From the NCBI RefSeq assembly GCF_001194135.2, contig NC_069010.1, positions 9,491,436-9,555,435 on the forward strand: 64,000 nt of DNA. Direction: 5' to 3'. A model generated the notes under the pieces. The model made no database searches and had not been told where the DNA came from. It saw only the letters and a list, made by a program, of their open reading frames with translations. Position numbers and translations under genes: made by a program. The stretch is from Octopus bimaculoides (lineage: Eukaryota). This document shows, one piece after another, positions 36,191 through 50,138 of the stretch. Position 1 is the stretch's first letter, and each line of letters begins with the position of its first letter.

Positions 36191-39075
36191 TTTATAGTAT
36201 ATGATTGAACGCCACGCATCTTTTTCCACATACACATACACGCACTCATGCACACATGGACACACATGCACACATGGACACACGGGCACACATACACAGA
36301 CACATGCTCTCACATACTCAGAATGGGTTGAAATTGTAGGAAAAAAAAATTGAACATTTGAAGCTGTATTTCCTCAGAGTTTTGAACTCCAAAAATGACT
36401 TATAGTCCCACAGAGTTGATCTGACAATGACTAATGATTTAGGGAAAGAATATTTTCAGCAGATTAATGGATTACCCTTTTCAGTTTAGCAAATATCTGT
36501 CGAGCAGTGTCTTGAATGGTACTAAAGAAGTAACCAAACAGAAAACAATAGTTTTAGGAATTACCCCTACGGATTTGGAAGTTGGGAAATAAATTTTTTA
36601 GTTTTTCTAAGGAAAGCTATCCGTCATTTGGTTATGTTTTATTGCATGCTGGCATACAGAAAACCTCTTCACAACACATGAGAATGGCATGCTGGTAAGA
36701 ATATTTGTTTTGGAACTCTTGTCTTATTTTCTATCCTATATTTGGTAAAGGGAATAACTTCTGTAACAAAGACTTTTCAGCTGAGAGAGGAAGTTGAATT
36801 GTGAGGAGTGATTTTGTGTCTGGTGAGAGGTTAGAGTATAATAGAATGATAGAGAATAGTTGTCTTTACTAAAGAGGTGATACTTGGCCATCCCAGTAAG
36901 AAAAGAGATTGTTAACAAATGAAATATATTTGAGAAGGGGAATCTTTCCCGAAATATAAAAGCATCAATAGAAATATTATAGAAACTATGTAATGTAATG
37001 CAATATTTTATCACTTTGTTCAGTTATTGATACTAAACATGCCACAGAACTGGCTGTGTGATAAGAAGCTTGCTTCCCGACCACATGGTCTAGGGTTCAG
37101 TCCTACTGCGTGGCACCTTAGGCTATGCAGTAGGACTGAACCTACTATAGCCTCAGGTCAACCAACTCCTTGTGAGTGGATATGGTAGATGGAAACTGAA
37201 AGAAGCCTGTTGCATATGTGNNNNNNNNNNNNNNNNNNNNNNNNNNNNNNNNNNNNNNNNNNNNNNNNNNNNNNNNNNNNNNNNNNNNNNNNNNNNNNNN
37301 NNNNNNNNNNNNNNNNNNNNNNNNNNNNNNNNNNNNNNNNNNNNNNNNNNNNNNNNNNNNNNNNNNNNNNNNNNNNNNNNNNNNNNNNNNNNNNNNNNNN
37401 NNNNNNNNNNNNNNNNNNNNNNNNNNNNNNNNNNNNNNNNNNNNNNNNNNNNNNNNNNNNNNNNNNNNNNNNNNNNNNNNNNNNNNNNNNNNNNNNNNNN
37501 NNNNNNNNNNNNNNNNNNNNNNNNNNNNNNNNNNNNNNNNNNNNNNNNNNNNNNNNNNNNNNNNNNNNNNNNNNNNNNNNNNNNNNNNNNNNNNNNNNNN
37601 NNNNNNNNNNNNNNNNNNNNNNNNNNNNNNNNNNNNNNNNNNNNNNNNNNNTATATATATATATATTATATATATATATATATATTATATCTATATATAT
37701 ATTTATATATATACATCTATCTATCTATCTATCTATGTATCTATCTCTATATATATATTTATATATATATATCTATCTATCTATATATATGTATGTATAT
37801 ATATATGTGTATGTATACATACATACATGCATTCACACATAGATACACACACAAACACGCACACACATATACACATCCATCCATCCATCCATCCATCCAT
37901 ACATACATCTATAAAGTGAAAGAGATTTCCATAGATAGAGACACAGGTAGATAAATAAATAGACAGATCAGATAGATTGAGAGAGAGAGAGAGAGAAAGG
38001 TGAAGAGAAATGGAGAGGTGAGGTGAGGAGGAGGGATGGGTGGAAATTCTAGGTTAGGTTGGTGAGTGAAAAAAGAATGATCTGTAATTTATTGTATGAG
38101 ATTATGCATATAAAGAACATCTACAAATATATATATATACACACAAACCAACGCATGTATACATACATACATACATACACACATATGTATACATATATGC
38201 ATGTATATATATATATATTTATATATATATATATATANNNNNNNNNNNNNNNNNNNNNNNNNNNNNNNNNNNNNNNNNNNNNNNNNNNNNNNNNNNNNNN
38301 NNNNNNNNNNNNNNNNNNNNNNNNNNNNNNNNNNNNNTGTATATTCATGTTATGCACACATATATATACATATGCATACATATATACATGTATATGTTTA
38401 TAAATATATATATATATATATGTATATATATGTACATATATAAATATATATGTATGTATATGTGTCTATATGTGTCTCTATGTGTCTATGTGTGTGTATA
38501 TGTGTATACATACACACATATGCATACACCCTCTCGCCCAACACCTGTATACACATTTAAACAAAACGAATCGAAACGCAGGTGTTTTTTGCTTCTTGTT
38601 TTTCCCTCGTAAAACAAACCACTGCCACACACACCGATTCCATTCCCTGCCATTCTAATAAAGCCATTCAGACATAAATATTTAACCTGGAAAAATCTAA
38701 CACAACATTTTTACTAATAAAAATTAAAAACTCTTAAATAAACAGCCAAAGCATTCGTTCGTTTGATGTTGGTTTCCTCGTTAATCATGGGCGCCACGCC
38801 TTCCAATTTTCACTGAGGAATTTCAGTTACACAGTCATGTGAATTTCTCATCCATTTTTCTTTTGTGGGGAGGCACGTATAAGTTGGATGATTGCATAAG
38901 TAGCTTTTTTATCTTCTGCCATGTATGGATGTATGCATGTTGGTTGTTATGAGCTGGGCTAATGGTGGAGGCAGTGGTGGAGAGGTGGCGCTTTTAGTTT
39001 TGTCAATATTTTCCAGCTCATATTTATTCAGTCTAGTTTACTTACTTATCATCATCATCATCATAATCATCATCA

Positions 39076-39107
<32 letters not shown>

Positions 39108-39336
39108 GCAAGACAGCAAACTGGCAAAATGGTTAGGATACCAGGCAAAATTCTTAGCGGGATTTCGTCCGTCTTCACGTTTTGAGTTCAAATTCCGCCA
39201 TCGTAGGACTCTACCTTTCATCTCTTCAGGGACGATAAATTAAGTACCAGTCAAGTACTGGGGTCGATGTGATCGACTTAACCCTTCTCCCTGCAATTTC
39301 AGACCTTGTGCCAAAATTTGAAATCATCATCATCAC

Positions 39337-39371
<35 letters not shown>

Positions 39372-39616
39372 TTATGTTTGACTTTTGTTTTGCATTTGTA
39401 CAAGTTGGATCCAAGTCTCACCCAGAGACCTCAAGAGACAACAAGTTAGAAGTTCATGTTGGTGTTATGCCTAGGGTACCATATATTTGGATTTGTACGT
39501 AGTGTGTTGTTCTAGAGAATGTTTAAGAAACCATAAGAAAATTATGTTTGTTTTAAAATTTGAGATCACATAGACAGTATTTTACGTAGGATTATATTAT
39601 ATTCTTTTTATTATTC

Positions 39617-39654
<38 letters not shown>

Positions 39655-39664
39655 NNNNNNNNNN

Positions 39665-39700
<36 letters not shown>

Positions 39701-41397
39701 CAATAGTAGTGGCAACTGTAACAGCAGCAGAAGCACTAGCATTGTCATCATCATCATCATCATCATCATCATCAATATTTATATTTCAAAACCATTGTTT
39801 CCAAAATGTTGTTGGTTGTTGTTGTTGCTTTCTGAATGGTTTCTCCAGTTTGGTTTTTCAGGCTCAACAAGTAAAGTGTGCAGTTGGGAATGAAATTCTA
39901 AATAAGCAACAACGAAAAACAACAACAACAACAGCAACAACAACATATCGATAACAATAAACAGAACAACATTGATATGAAAAATTTCTTGTTATCATTA
40001 ACGATGGCTTCTTTATTAGTAACAATAATGATGATGATGATGATGGTTGAGGAGGTGGTGGTGGTGGAGGTGGTGGTGTTGATGATCATGATGATGAGGA
40101 TGACAGTGGTGGTGGTGGTGGGAGTGATGATGATGATGATGATGAGGATGATAATAAAGATGATTGTGATGATGATGATGATGATGATAATGATGGTGGC
40201 AATGATGATGATGGTGATGGTGACGGCAGTATTAATAATAATGAAACCGGTAAAATTAAAATTATAATGAATACAAAAGAATAAATATAATTGTTAATAA
40301 TATAATGAAGTGGCAGAATGTGAAAAAAAAAACAAAACAAAACAAAACAAAAGCAGAACAAAAACAAAAACTATCCAACCATAAAAAAATAACTTGAATA
40401 GACAAAAATACATATATATGTATACATACATATATATATATATGCATACACACACATGCACAAACACTCATACACGCACAAACACACACACACACANNNN
40501 NNNNNNNNNNNNNNNNNNNNNNNNNNNNNNNNNNNNNNNNNNNNNNNNNNNNNNNNNNNNNNNNNNNNNNNNNNNNNNNNNNNNNNNNNNNNNNNNNNNN
40601 NNNNNNNNNNNNNNNNNNNNNNNNNNNNNNNNNNNNNNNNNNNNNNNNNNNNNNNNNNNNNNNNNNNNNNNNNNNNNNNNNNNNNNNNNNNNNNNNNNNN
40701 NNNNNNNNNNNNNNNNNNNNNNNNNNNNNNNNNNNNNNNNNNNNNNNNNNNNNNNNNNNNNNNNNNNNNNNNNNNNNNNNNNNNNNNNNNNNNNNNNNNN
40801 NNNNNNNNNNNNNNNNNNNNNNNNNNNNNNNNNNNNNNNNNNNNNNNNNNNNNNNNNNNNNNNNNNNNNNNNNNNNNNNNNNNNNNNNNNNNNNNNNNNN
40901 NNNNNNNNNNNNNNNNNNNNNNNNNNNNNNNNNNNNNNNNNNNNNNNNNNNNNNNNNNNNNNNNNNNNNNNNNNNNNNNNNNNNNNNNNNNNNNNNNNNN
41001 NNNNNNNNNNNNNNNNNNNNNNNNNNNNNNNNNNNNNNNNNNNNNNNNNNNNNNNNNNNNNNNNNNNNNNNNNNNNNNNNNNNNNNNNNNNNNNNNNNNN
41101 NNNNNNNNNNNNNNNNNNNNNNNNNNNNNNNNNNNNNNNNNNNNNNNNNNNATATATATATATATATACACACACACACATATATATATATATGCATACA
41201 CACACATGCACAAACACTCATACACGCACAAACACACACACACACACACATATTGGTATAATAGTGCAAATAATTCACAGCAGAAGTAATCAATACAATA
41301 ATGTAGAGCAAATATCATAAGATGTATTTCCAGTTGAATTTTCACCAACTGTAAAACTACCATTACACTGATTCCTAGGTCAAAATAACGAATATGG

Positions 41398-41621
41398 AAG
41401 CTAATTTCATATAGCTGTTGTCCCAATATGAAGAGTACCATTACACATGGTCAAAGCAAGAGCCTAAATCTAGTTGTAACTGTTGGCATTCAAGACCGTG
41501 TCCATTTGACCAACGATGCATGATTAAATCTGTTATATATGAGGCAGAAGTTACTGCAACGTTAAATGGTAATACAGCAAATAAGAAGACCTATATTGAG
41601 CTATGTGAAAGAGAATTTTAA
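41398..41621 (+). mobile_element. Penelope-like element relic (RT-EN linker and start of GIY-YIG endonuclease)
   Basis: KLISYSCCPNMKSTITH, then after a frameshift CNCWHSRPCPFDQRCMIKSVIYEAEV…KTYIELCEREF. This matches the PLE pattern SYSC.PN…CNC…CP…VY.A.V…YIG.TE..FK. Confidence 0.7.
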
Positions 41622-41693
41622 AATCTTTGTGATGATGATGATGATGATATACATATATGTGTGTGTATGTGTGTGTGTGTGTGTGCGTAGTTT

Positions 41694-42040
41694 GTGACAA
41701 ACCAAGCCTTTCTTTTGCTGTGCTCAAATGTCATTTGTAGACCCATGAAAAAACGAACCTCCACCAACGATTCTGTCTGTCTATCTGTGCACACCTTTCA
41801 ATGCCGTGTATGCCATAAGGTCTGCAAATCTAACGGAGGCCTTAAAAAGGCATTTTACGATCCTCAAAGACCAGGACTTAACTGCAGCTCTTGGTGGTCC
41901 AAATCGGATGTGCAATCCATGTGGGTATCTTTCCATTACATTGACTGGTTTAAAAAAAAAAAACCCACATCAAATGCCATGGTGGATCTTAGGTGTATGT
42001 ACAAGAGGTGGTTAGACTTTGCATGAGAAGTAGACACCCA
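41694..42040 (+). mobile_element. RTE-like LINE 3' relic with C2H2-type fingers
   Basis: FQCRVCHKVCKSNGGLK(frameshift)RHF, followed by a second degenerate CxxCG…GL unit. Confidence 0.5.
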
Positions 42041-42151
42041 CCATATGTGAGTGTGTTTATATGTGTGTTTGTGTGTATATAAAAGAAGATGAAGATAAAA
42101 GAAAGAGAGAGAGAAAGAAAAGGATGAAACCAAAGCAGTAGAAGATATATA

Positions 42152-42185
<34 letters not shown>

Positions 42186-43064
42186 ATACATACCAAAAGA
42201 GTAGAATCCCTATGAGACCAAAACTACTTGTGGCCATTCCTTGATGGTTGGTGAGATTTTGTCCTTTGCAATTTGTCTTCGATTGTGTCTGTGTACTTCT
42301 CTCTCTCAGTTCCTGTCTCTCCTTCAGTCAATGCATTTCTGGATCCTAATGAAACATAATAATAATAATAATAATAATAAAATGATTTCAAATTTTGGCA
42401 CAAGGCCAGCAACTTTGTGGGAGGGGGTAAGTTGATTACATCACTCCCCCCCCCTCGGTTCTATGTGAAGGTACCTTTACCATTCCACATAAAAGCACCC
42501 GTGCAGTGCCACATGAAAATACCCATGTGGCACCATGTAAAAGTGTTTGTGCAGTGTGGTGTCATGTAAAAGCACCTGCATGGTTCCACATAAAAACGCC
42601 CCCCCCCCGCACACCTTATAGAGGGGTTGGCGTTAGGAAGGGCATCTAGCTGTAGAAACTTTGCCTGGAGTCTGGTGCAGTCTTCCATCACTGACCTTTG
42701 CCCATGCATGAAATTATTGTGCCATCAGTTGGCTTCACTTGAGTTCATGTGTGTGGCTTCCATGCTCAACGCAGTGCCCTGCCCCCACCTATTTGACTTG
42801 TCACTGGATGGTCACCTCACCTGAAATTGCACAACCTAACGTTTTAGGTCCAATAAGGCTTGCACAGAACGCCATGGATATCCTCAGACATCCTCTCTGA
42901 GACAATCCAGTGATAATCCAGGGCAAATTATCCAGTACCAATATGGGTTACATGTCCAGGAATGTTCTATCGGCAAAAGAGACCAATAGAATAACGACCA
43001 CCACTGCATTAGTTAAGCCCATGCACTGTGCATTACACACACACATCCATACACGTTAGGACAT

Positions 43065-43270
43065 TGGACGAAATGCTTAGCAGTATTTCGTCTGCCGCTA
43101 CGTTCTGAGTTCAAATTCCGCCGAGGTCGACTTTGCCTTTCATCCTTTCGGGGTCGATTAAATAAGTACCAGTTACGCACTGGGGTCGGTATAATCGACT
43201 TAATCCGTTTGTCTGTCCTTGTTTGTCCCCTCTGTGTGTAGCCCCTTGTGGGTAGTAAAGAAATAACACA
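43065..43270 (+). mobile_element. SINE family B (representative copy)
   Basis: gaaatgcttagcagtatttcgtc…ctgagttcaaattccgccgaggtcgactttgcctttcatcctttcggggtcgat. Other approximate copies: 2255+, 3715+, 12030-, 14175-, 14370+, 22765-, 33055+, 39110+. Confidence 0.85.
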
Positions 43271-43748
43271 CACATATATTATATGACAAGCATCCACACA
43301 GATTCTGTCCACGAAATCCATTCAGAAAGCTTTGTTCGGCCCAAGGCTATCACAGAAAATACTTATCAATTGTGCTGTGCAATGAGATTGAAAACAAAGT
43401 CACGTGGTTGCAAGACAAGCTTCTTAACCATGCAGCAATGAACAACAAATGCTTCATCTCCAATATTCAAGGAAATATTTTCTCCGGAATGAACCAGCTA
43501 AATTGCTATTTCCGGTTTAAACATACAAGGCCGTCCCCTAAATCTTAAGATTTCATCAAGAACTCTGTTTGCATTACATTATATTTCATTGTTCGGTTTG
43601 TTACGTAAACAGAAATGATATCTTGAAATATTTATTTGCTTCTTGCAATTTATATGTGTGTGTGTGTGTGTGTGTGTGTAGGTGTGTGTGTGTGTATGTG
43701 TAGGTGTGTGTATTTGTATATATATATGTATATATATTTATATATGTA

Positions 43749-43783
<35 letters not shown>

Positions 43784-43901
43784 TACATAATATATATTCA
43801 TGTATATGAATATGAGTTTATATGTATGTATCTATCTATAAATCAATCAATCTATGTATACACACACATATGGTAAATATGTAGTATATATATATGTATA
43901 T

Positions 43902-43940
<39 letters not shown>

Positions 43941-46900
43941 NNNNNNNNNNNNNNNNNNNNNNNNNNNNNNNNNNNNNNNNNNNNNNNNNNNNNNNNNNNN
44001 NNNNNNNNNNNNNNNNNNNNNNNNNNNNNNNNNNNNNNNNNNNNNNNNNNNNNNNNNNNNNNNNNNNNNNNNNNNNNNNNNNNNNNNNNNNNNNNNNNNN
44101 NNNNNNNNNNNNNNNNNNNNNNNNNNNNNNNNNNNNNNNNNNNNNNNNNNNNNNNNNNNNNNNNNNNNNNNNNNNNNNNNNNNNNNNNNNNNNNNNNNNN
44201 NNNNNNNNNNNNNNNNNNNNNNNNNNNNNNNNNNNNNNNNNNNNNNNNNNNNNNNNNNNNNNNNNNNNNNNNNNNNNNNNNNNNNNNNNNNNNNNNNNNN
44301 NNNNNNNNNNNNNNNNNNNNNNNNNNNNNNNNNNNNNNNNNNNNNNNNNNNNNNNNNNNNNNNNNNNNNNNNNNNNNNNNNNNNNNNNNNNNNNNNNNNN
44401 NNNNNNNNNNNNNNNNNNNNNNNNNNNNNNNNNNNNNNNNNNNNNNNNNNNNNNNNNNNNNNNNNNNNNNNNNNNNNNNNNNNNNNNNNNNNNNNNNNNN
44501 NNNNNNNNNNNNNNNNNNNNNNNNNNNNNNNNNNNNNNNNNNNNNNNNNNNNNNNNNNNNNNNNNNNNNNNNNNNNNNNNNNNNNNNNNNNNNNNNNNNN
44601 NNNNNNNNNNNNNNNNNNNNNNNNNNNNNNNNNNNNNNNNNNNNNNNNNNNNNNNNNNNNNNNNNNNNNNNNNNNNNNNNNNNNNNNNNNNNNNNNNNNN
44701 NNNNNNNNNNNNNNNNNNNNNNNNNNNNNNNNNNNNNNNNNNNNNNNNNNNNNNNNNNNNNNNNNNNNNNNNNNNNNNNNNNNNNNNNNNNNNNNNNNAG
44801 CTCTTGATAGGGTCTTATTTTATTGATTCTGAAAAGATGGAAAGCTAAGTCGATTCCGAAGAAATACTTTTCCAGTGCGGTAATGATTCTGTCAATGATG
44901 ACGACGATGACGACAGCGATGATGATGATGATGATGACGATGTCGACGATGACGACGACGACGACGACGACGAAGACGGCGGCGGTGATGGTGTTGATGG
45001 TGATGGTGATGATGGTTGATGATGATGGTGATGGTGTTGATGATGATGGTGTTGATGATGATGATAACGATGGTGATAATGATCAAAATAATAATAATAA
45101 TGATAACAATAATAACAACAACAACAATAATAATAATAATAATAATAATAATAGTAATAGTAATAGTAATAATAATAAGAAGAACAACAATAACAATAAA
45201 TGAAATAGTAAAAAAATATATGGAGACGAGAGAGAAATTAGATGGAAATTTGGAAAAAATAAAAATAAATAAAGTAAAGATGAAAAAACCAAAATTTAAA
45301 AGCAAGACAAATATGTTCGATACAGAACAAGTTTAGATGTTCTTCTGAAAAAATAAGAAAATTGTCACGTTTCAAGAATCCAAAGAACATTCTAGAAACC
45401 AATTGCGTTGCTAAAAGAGAGGCAAAAAAACAATTCTGTACTGGAAGAATAAATGGTAAAAAAAACATTGGTATAATGATGGAAATATTGAGAGAAGAGT
45501 TTTAAGAACGATGTCTCCAGTTGGTGGTTTGTGTTAGAGAGATATGATAACAGGCTCCGTCATTTGGAACCTTCCGGAAACCAAATTATGGTTTCGTTGT
45601 TGTTGCTGTTAGCTTTTAATTTTTGAAGAGTTTTTTTAAAAATTTAATGTCAATAATGATTTGATTAAACGTTTAGTTGGTGACCTTATGTAGGTGTGTG
45701 TGTATATAAGTATATATATGTGTGTGTGTGGATGTGTGCATGTATGTAGGTCTGTGTGTATATGTATNNNNNNNNNNNNNNNNNNNNNNNNNNNNNNNNN
45801 NNNNNNNNNNNNNNNNNNNNNNNNNNNNNNNNNNNNNNNNNNNNNNNNNNNNNNNNNNNNNNNNNNNNNNNNNNNNNNNNNNNNNNNNNNNNNNNNNNNN
45901 NNNNNNNNNNNNNNNNNNNNNNNNNNNNNNNNNNNNNNNNNNNNNNNNNNNNNNNNNNNNNNNNNNNNNNNNNNNNNNNNNNNNNNNNNNNNNNNNNNNN
46001 NNNNNNNNNNNNNNNNNNNNNNNNNNNNNNNNNNNNNNNNNNNNCATATGTCTATATATATTTATATATGTATGTATACATCTATGCCTAATCGACAGTT
46101 ATGTAAAAAAATTGATTTTGCCCAAGGTGCTACACAGTGGAACTGAACCCAGAACCATGTGGTTGGGAAGCAAGTTTCTTACCATACAACCACACACACA
46201 CACACACACACACTCACACACTCACACTCACATATGACGAGCTTCTTTTAGTTTCCATCTACCAAATCCACTCACAAGCCTTTGGGTGGTCCAAATTTAC
46301 AGTAGAAGACACTTGCTCAAGGTACCATGCAGTGGGACTGAACCCGGAAGCATGTGATTGAGAAGCAAGCTTCTTACCGCACAGCTACACCTAGATAGGA
46401 TAGTAGGGTGTGGTTTGAAGGAGATTTGGCTGCTATTTTTAGCAGGTGTAACAATGATGTACAAGTGTCTTTTATAAGTTGATGGTGGTGGTGGTAAAAG
46501 TGATGTCTCTTGCTGTGGTGGAGGGGATGGTGGAAGTTGAGGTGTTGATGGTGGTGGTGGTGGTGGTGCTGCTGGCTTCTCATTGTACACTCCAAAATGC
46601 AGAAAAAATGAATGGAAGATACAAAAATATAAATATTATTCCTGAGAGTCTGAGAGTAAACTATCAGATGTCTGTTTATAAACTTAATGTCCAGGCTGTT
46701 CATTAGATGCCGGGAACTGTCTACATCCACAAGCTATATACTTAACTAGATGCATAAAAGTTTACATAAACACAAACACACACATGGAAACGCAGACACG
46801 AAAATAATAATGATGATAATGATGATGATAAAAGGCGGTGCTCCAACATGGCCACAGTCAAATGACTGAAACAAGTAAAAGAGTATATATATATGTATGC

Positions 46901-47142
46901 TTATGCATGTGAATGTATCTGTATATATATATGTGAATGTATCTATGTGTATGCATGTTTATGTATGTATATTTGTGTATATATATGGTGTTTACTTGGC
47001 AGTCAATTAGTATTGTAGATTTAATCGATGATAAGTAGCATTTCATCTCCCCACCCCCACTCTCCTACCACATATATGAGGACGTACAAACTTCGATGTT
47101 ATATATTACAAAAATGATTTTATATACATATATACACACACA

Positions 47143-47175
<33 letters not shown>

Positions 47176-48529
47176 NNNNNNNNNNTATATATATATATAT
47201 ATATATATATAGATATATATATATATATATATGATTTTATATACATATATACACACACATGCATATATATATATATATCCACACACATACACGCACACAC
47301 ACATGTACACACAGACGTACACATACTCTCTGTCATGCATACAAGTGTGTGTGTGTGTGTGTGTGACAACCACTGTTCTAACGTGTCTGGAATCCTGCCA
47401 GAAGTTGGCATTTCCAATCGATCCTTGGTTACTGGAATGTTCCAGAGAAATCTCACTGATTTACCTAGCGTTTGACCATCTTCAGGCAGCGATGGATATA
47501 CATACATGCATACATACATACATACATGTGTAAATATGCGTGTATATTCCTATTGACCGTTCATTTATGTATTTAGTCCTTTACCATTGTATTGGAATGG
47601 GTTTAGGGATGGTGACCTCTTCAAAAAAAAAAAAGAAAAAAAAAAAGAAAACGAAAGGTGTGGTCATCACTAAAAGTCTTTTTGCTTTCTTTCTCTCTTC
47701 CCCTCTTTATTTCTTCTTCTTTCCCTTTTTTCTTTTTTCTTTCTCCTATTTCCTTCTTTTTTCCTCTTTCTTTTTCTTCTCTTTGAGTTGTATTTAAAAT
47801 ACAAAATGTCCTGTCTCCCCTTTTCTTTCAAACATTCAATTTTGGAGAGANNNNNNNNNNNNNNNNNNNNNNNNNNNNNNNNNNNNNNNNNNNNNNNNNN
47901 NNNNNNNNNNNNNNNNNNNNNNNNNNNNNNNNNNNNNNNNNNNNNNNNNNNNNNNNNNNNNNNNNNNNNNNNNNNNNNNNNNNNNNNNNNNNNNNNNNNN
48001 NNNNNNNNNNNNNNNNNNNNNNNNNNNNNNNNNNNNNNNNNNNNNNNNNNNNNNNNNNNNNNNNNNNNNNNNNNNNNNNNNNNNNNNNNNNNNNNNNNNN
48101 NNNNNNNNNNNNNNNNNNNNNNNNNNNNNNNNNNNNNNNNNNNNNNNNNNNNNNNNNNNNNNNNNNNNNNNNNNNNNNNNNNNNNNNNNNNNNNNNNNNN
48201 NNNNNNNNNNNNNNNNNNNNNNNNNNNNNNNNNNNNNNNNNNNNNNNNNNNNNNNNNNNNNNNNNNNNNNNNNNNNNNNNNNNNNNNNNNNNNNNNNNNN
48301 NNNNNNNNNNNNNNNNNNNNNNNNNNNNNNNNNNNNNNNNNNNNNNNNNNNNNNNNNNNNNNNNNNNNNNNNNNNNNNNNNNNNNNNNNNNNNNNNNNNN
48401 TATATATATAGAAAGAAAAAAGATAATGATAGAGTGACAGGCAAACAGCTAGATAACCTGACAGACAGACGGACAAACAGACAAACACAAAGGAAAAGAG
48501 ACTCACAGACAGACACAGAGGAATCATAC

Positions 48530-48598
48530 TTGAGATTGAATGCCATAAATCAATAGAATCAACGTTGGCGCTATTAAAATCCCAAAATGGCCAACCAT
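48530..48598 (-). CDS. Putative signal-peptide exon of the Cys-loop channel (MVGHFGILIAPTLILLIYGIQSQ)
   Basis: Hydrophobic 23-aa ORF ending CAA|gtatga (phase 0) that joins the 29791 acceptor in frame. An upstream pyrimidine-rich ttccag acceptor at 48665/48664 suggests further 5'UTR exon(s). The join is inferred across 18.7 kb with gaps. Confidence 0.6.
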
Positions 48599-49174
48599 TA
48601 TTAAATAACATTTTTTCGTTTCACCATATGCTTGATGGAATGGATGTCCGGAGTGGAATTGGTCCTGGAAATTGAAGACGCAAAATGGTAATGGAATAAT
48701 AGACTGGCTTGAAGTTGTTGATGTTGTTGTTTATGATACTGTTTTTGTTTTTTTTATGTTGCTTCTATTGTTGTTGTGATGATGAGGAAACGGTTAATAT
48801 GAATTTGGTAGATGTATCTTTGTGTGTGCCTGTACGAGCATGCATGAACACACTTGCAGATAGATACTCATGCATGTGCACATACATACATGCATACACA
48901 CATACATACATACATACATATATATATAGATGCACGCCCATATATATTGCGTGAGGATGTTTGTGCGTGCATACATAAATGCATAGTAAATATATATATA
49001 TATATATATATGTACGTATATATGTGTGTGTGTGTATGTGTGTATGTGTATACATGTATATTTCTGTATATATACATATACATATGTATACATAGACATA
49101 TATATAAACATACATATATATATGTATATATATATATGCATATATATACATCATCATCATGCATATATATATAC

Positions 49175-49209
<35 letters not shown>

Positions 49210-50090
49210 NNNNNNNNNNNNNNNNNNNNNNNNNNNNNNNNNNNNNNNNNNNNNNNNNNNNNNNNNNNNNNNNNNNNNNNNNNNNNNNNNNNNNNNNNNN
49301 NNNNNNNNNNNNNNNNNNNNNNNNNNNNNNNNNNNNNNNNNNNNNNNNNNNNNNNNNNNNNNNNNNNNNNNNNNNNNNNNNNNNNNNNNNNNNNNNNNNN
49401 NNNNNNNNNNNNNNNNNNNNNNNNNNNNNNNNNNNNNNNNNNNNNNNNNNNNNNNNNNNNNNNNNNNNNNNNNNNNNNNNNNNNNNNNNNNNNNNNNNNN
49501 NNNNNNNNNNNNNNNNNNNNNNNNNNNNNNNNNNNNNNNNNNNNNNNNNNNNNNNNNNNNNNNNNNNNNNNNNNNNNNNNNNNNNNNNNNNNNNNNNNNN
49601 NNNNNNNNNNNNNNNNNNNNNNNNNNNNNNNNNNNNNNNNNNNNNNNNNNNNNNNNNNNNNNNNNNNNNNNNNNNNNNNNNNNNNNNNNNNNNNNNNNNN
49701 NNNNNNNNNNNNNNNNNNNNNNNNNNNNNNNNNNNNNNNNNNNNNNNNNNNNNNNNNNNNNNNNNNNNNNNNNNNNNNNNNNNNNNNNNNNNNNNNNNNN
49801 NNNNNNNNNNNNNNNNNNNNNNNNNNNNNNNNNNNNNNNNNNNNNNNNNNNNNNNNNNNNNNNNNNNNNNNNNNNNNNNNNNNNNNNNNNNNNNNNNNNN
49901 NNNNNNNNNNNNNNNNNNNNNNNNNNNNNNNNNNNNNNNNNNNNNNNNNNNNNNNNNNNNNNNNNNNNNNNNNNNNNNNNNNNNNNNNNNNNNNNNNNNN
50001 NNNNNNNNNNNNNNNNNNNNNNNNNNNNNNNNNNNNNNNNNNNNNNNNNNNNNNNNNNNNNNNNNNNNNNNNNNNNNNNNNNNNNNNNNN

Positions 50091-50138
<48 letters not shown>

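Noticed and set aside
36440-37015. Possible LINE ORF2 relic (…FLTGMAKYHLFSK…) on - strand
   Set aside because: Single weak motif with multiple stops; cannot be supported without a search.
32200-45200. Poly-amino-acid ORFs from (GGT)n, (GAT)n, (GAA)n and (AAT)n tracts
   Set aside because: Trinucleotide microsatellites that are open by composition; no splice or domain support.
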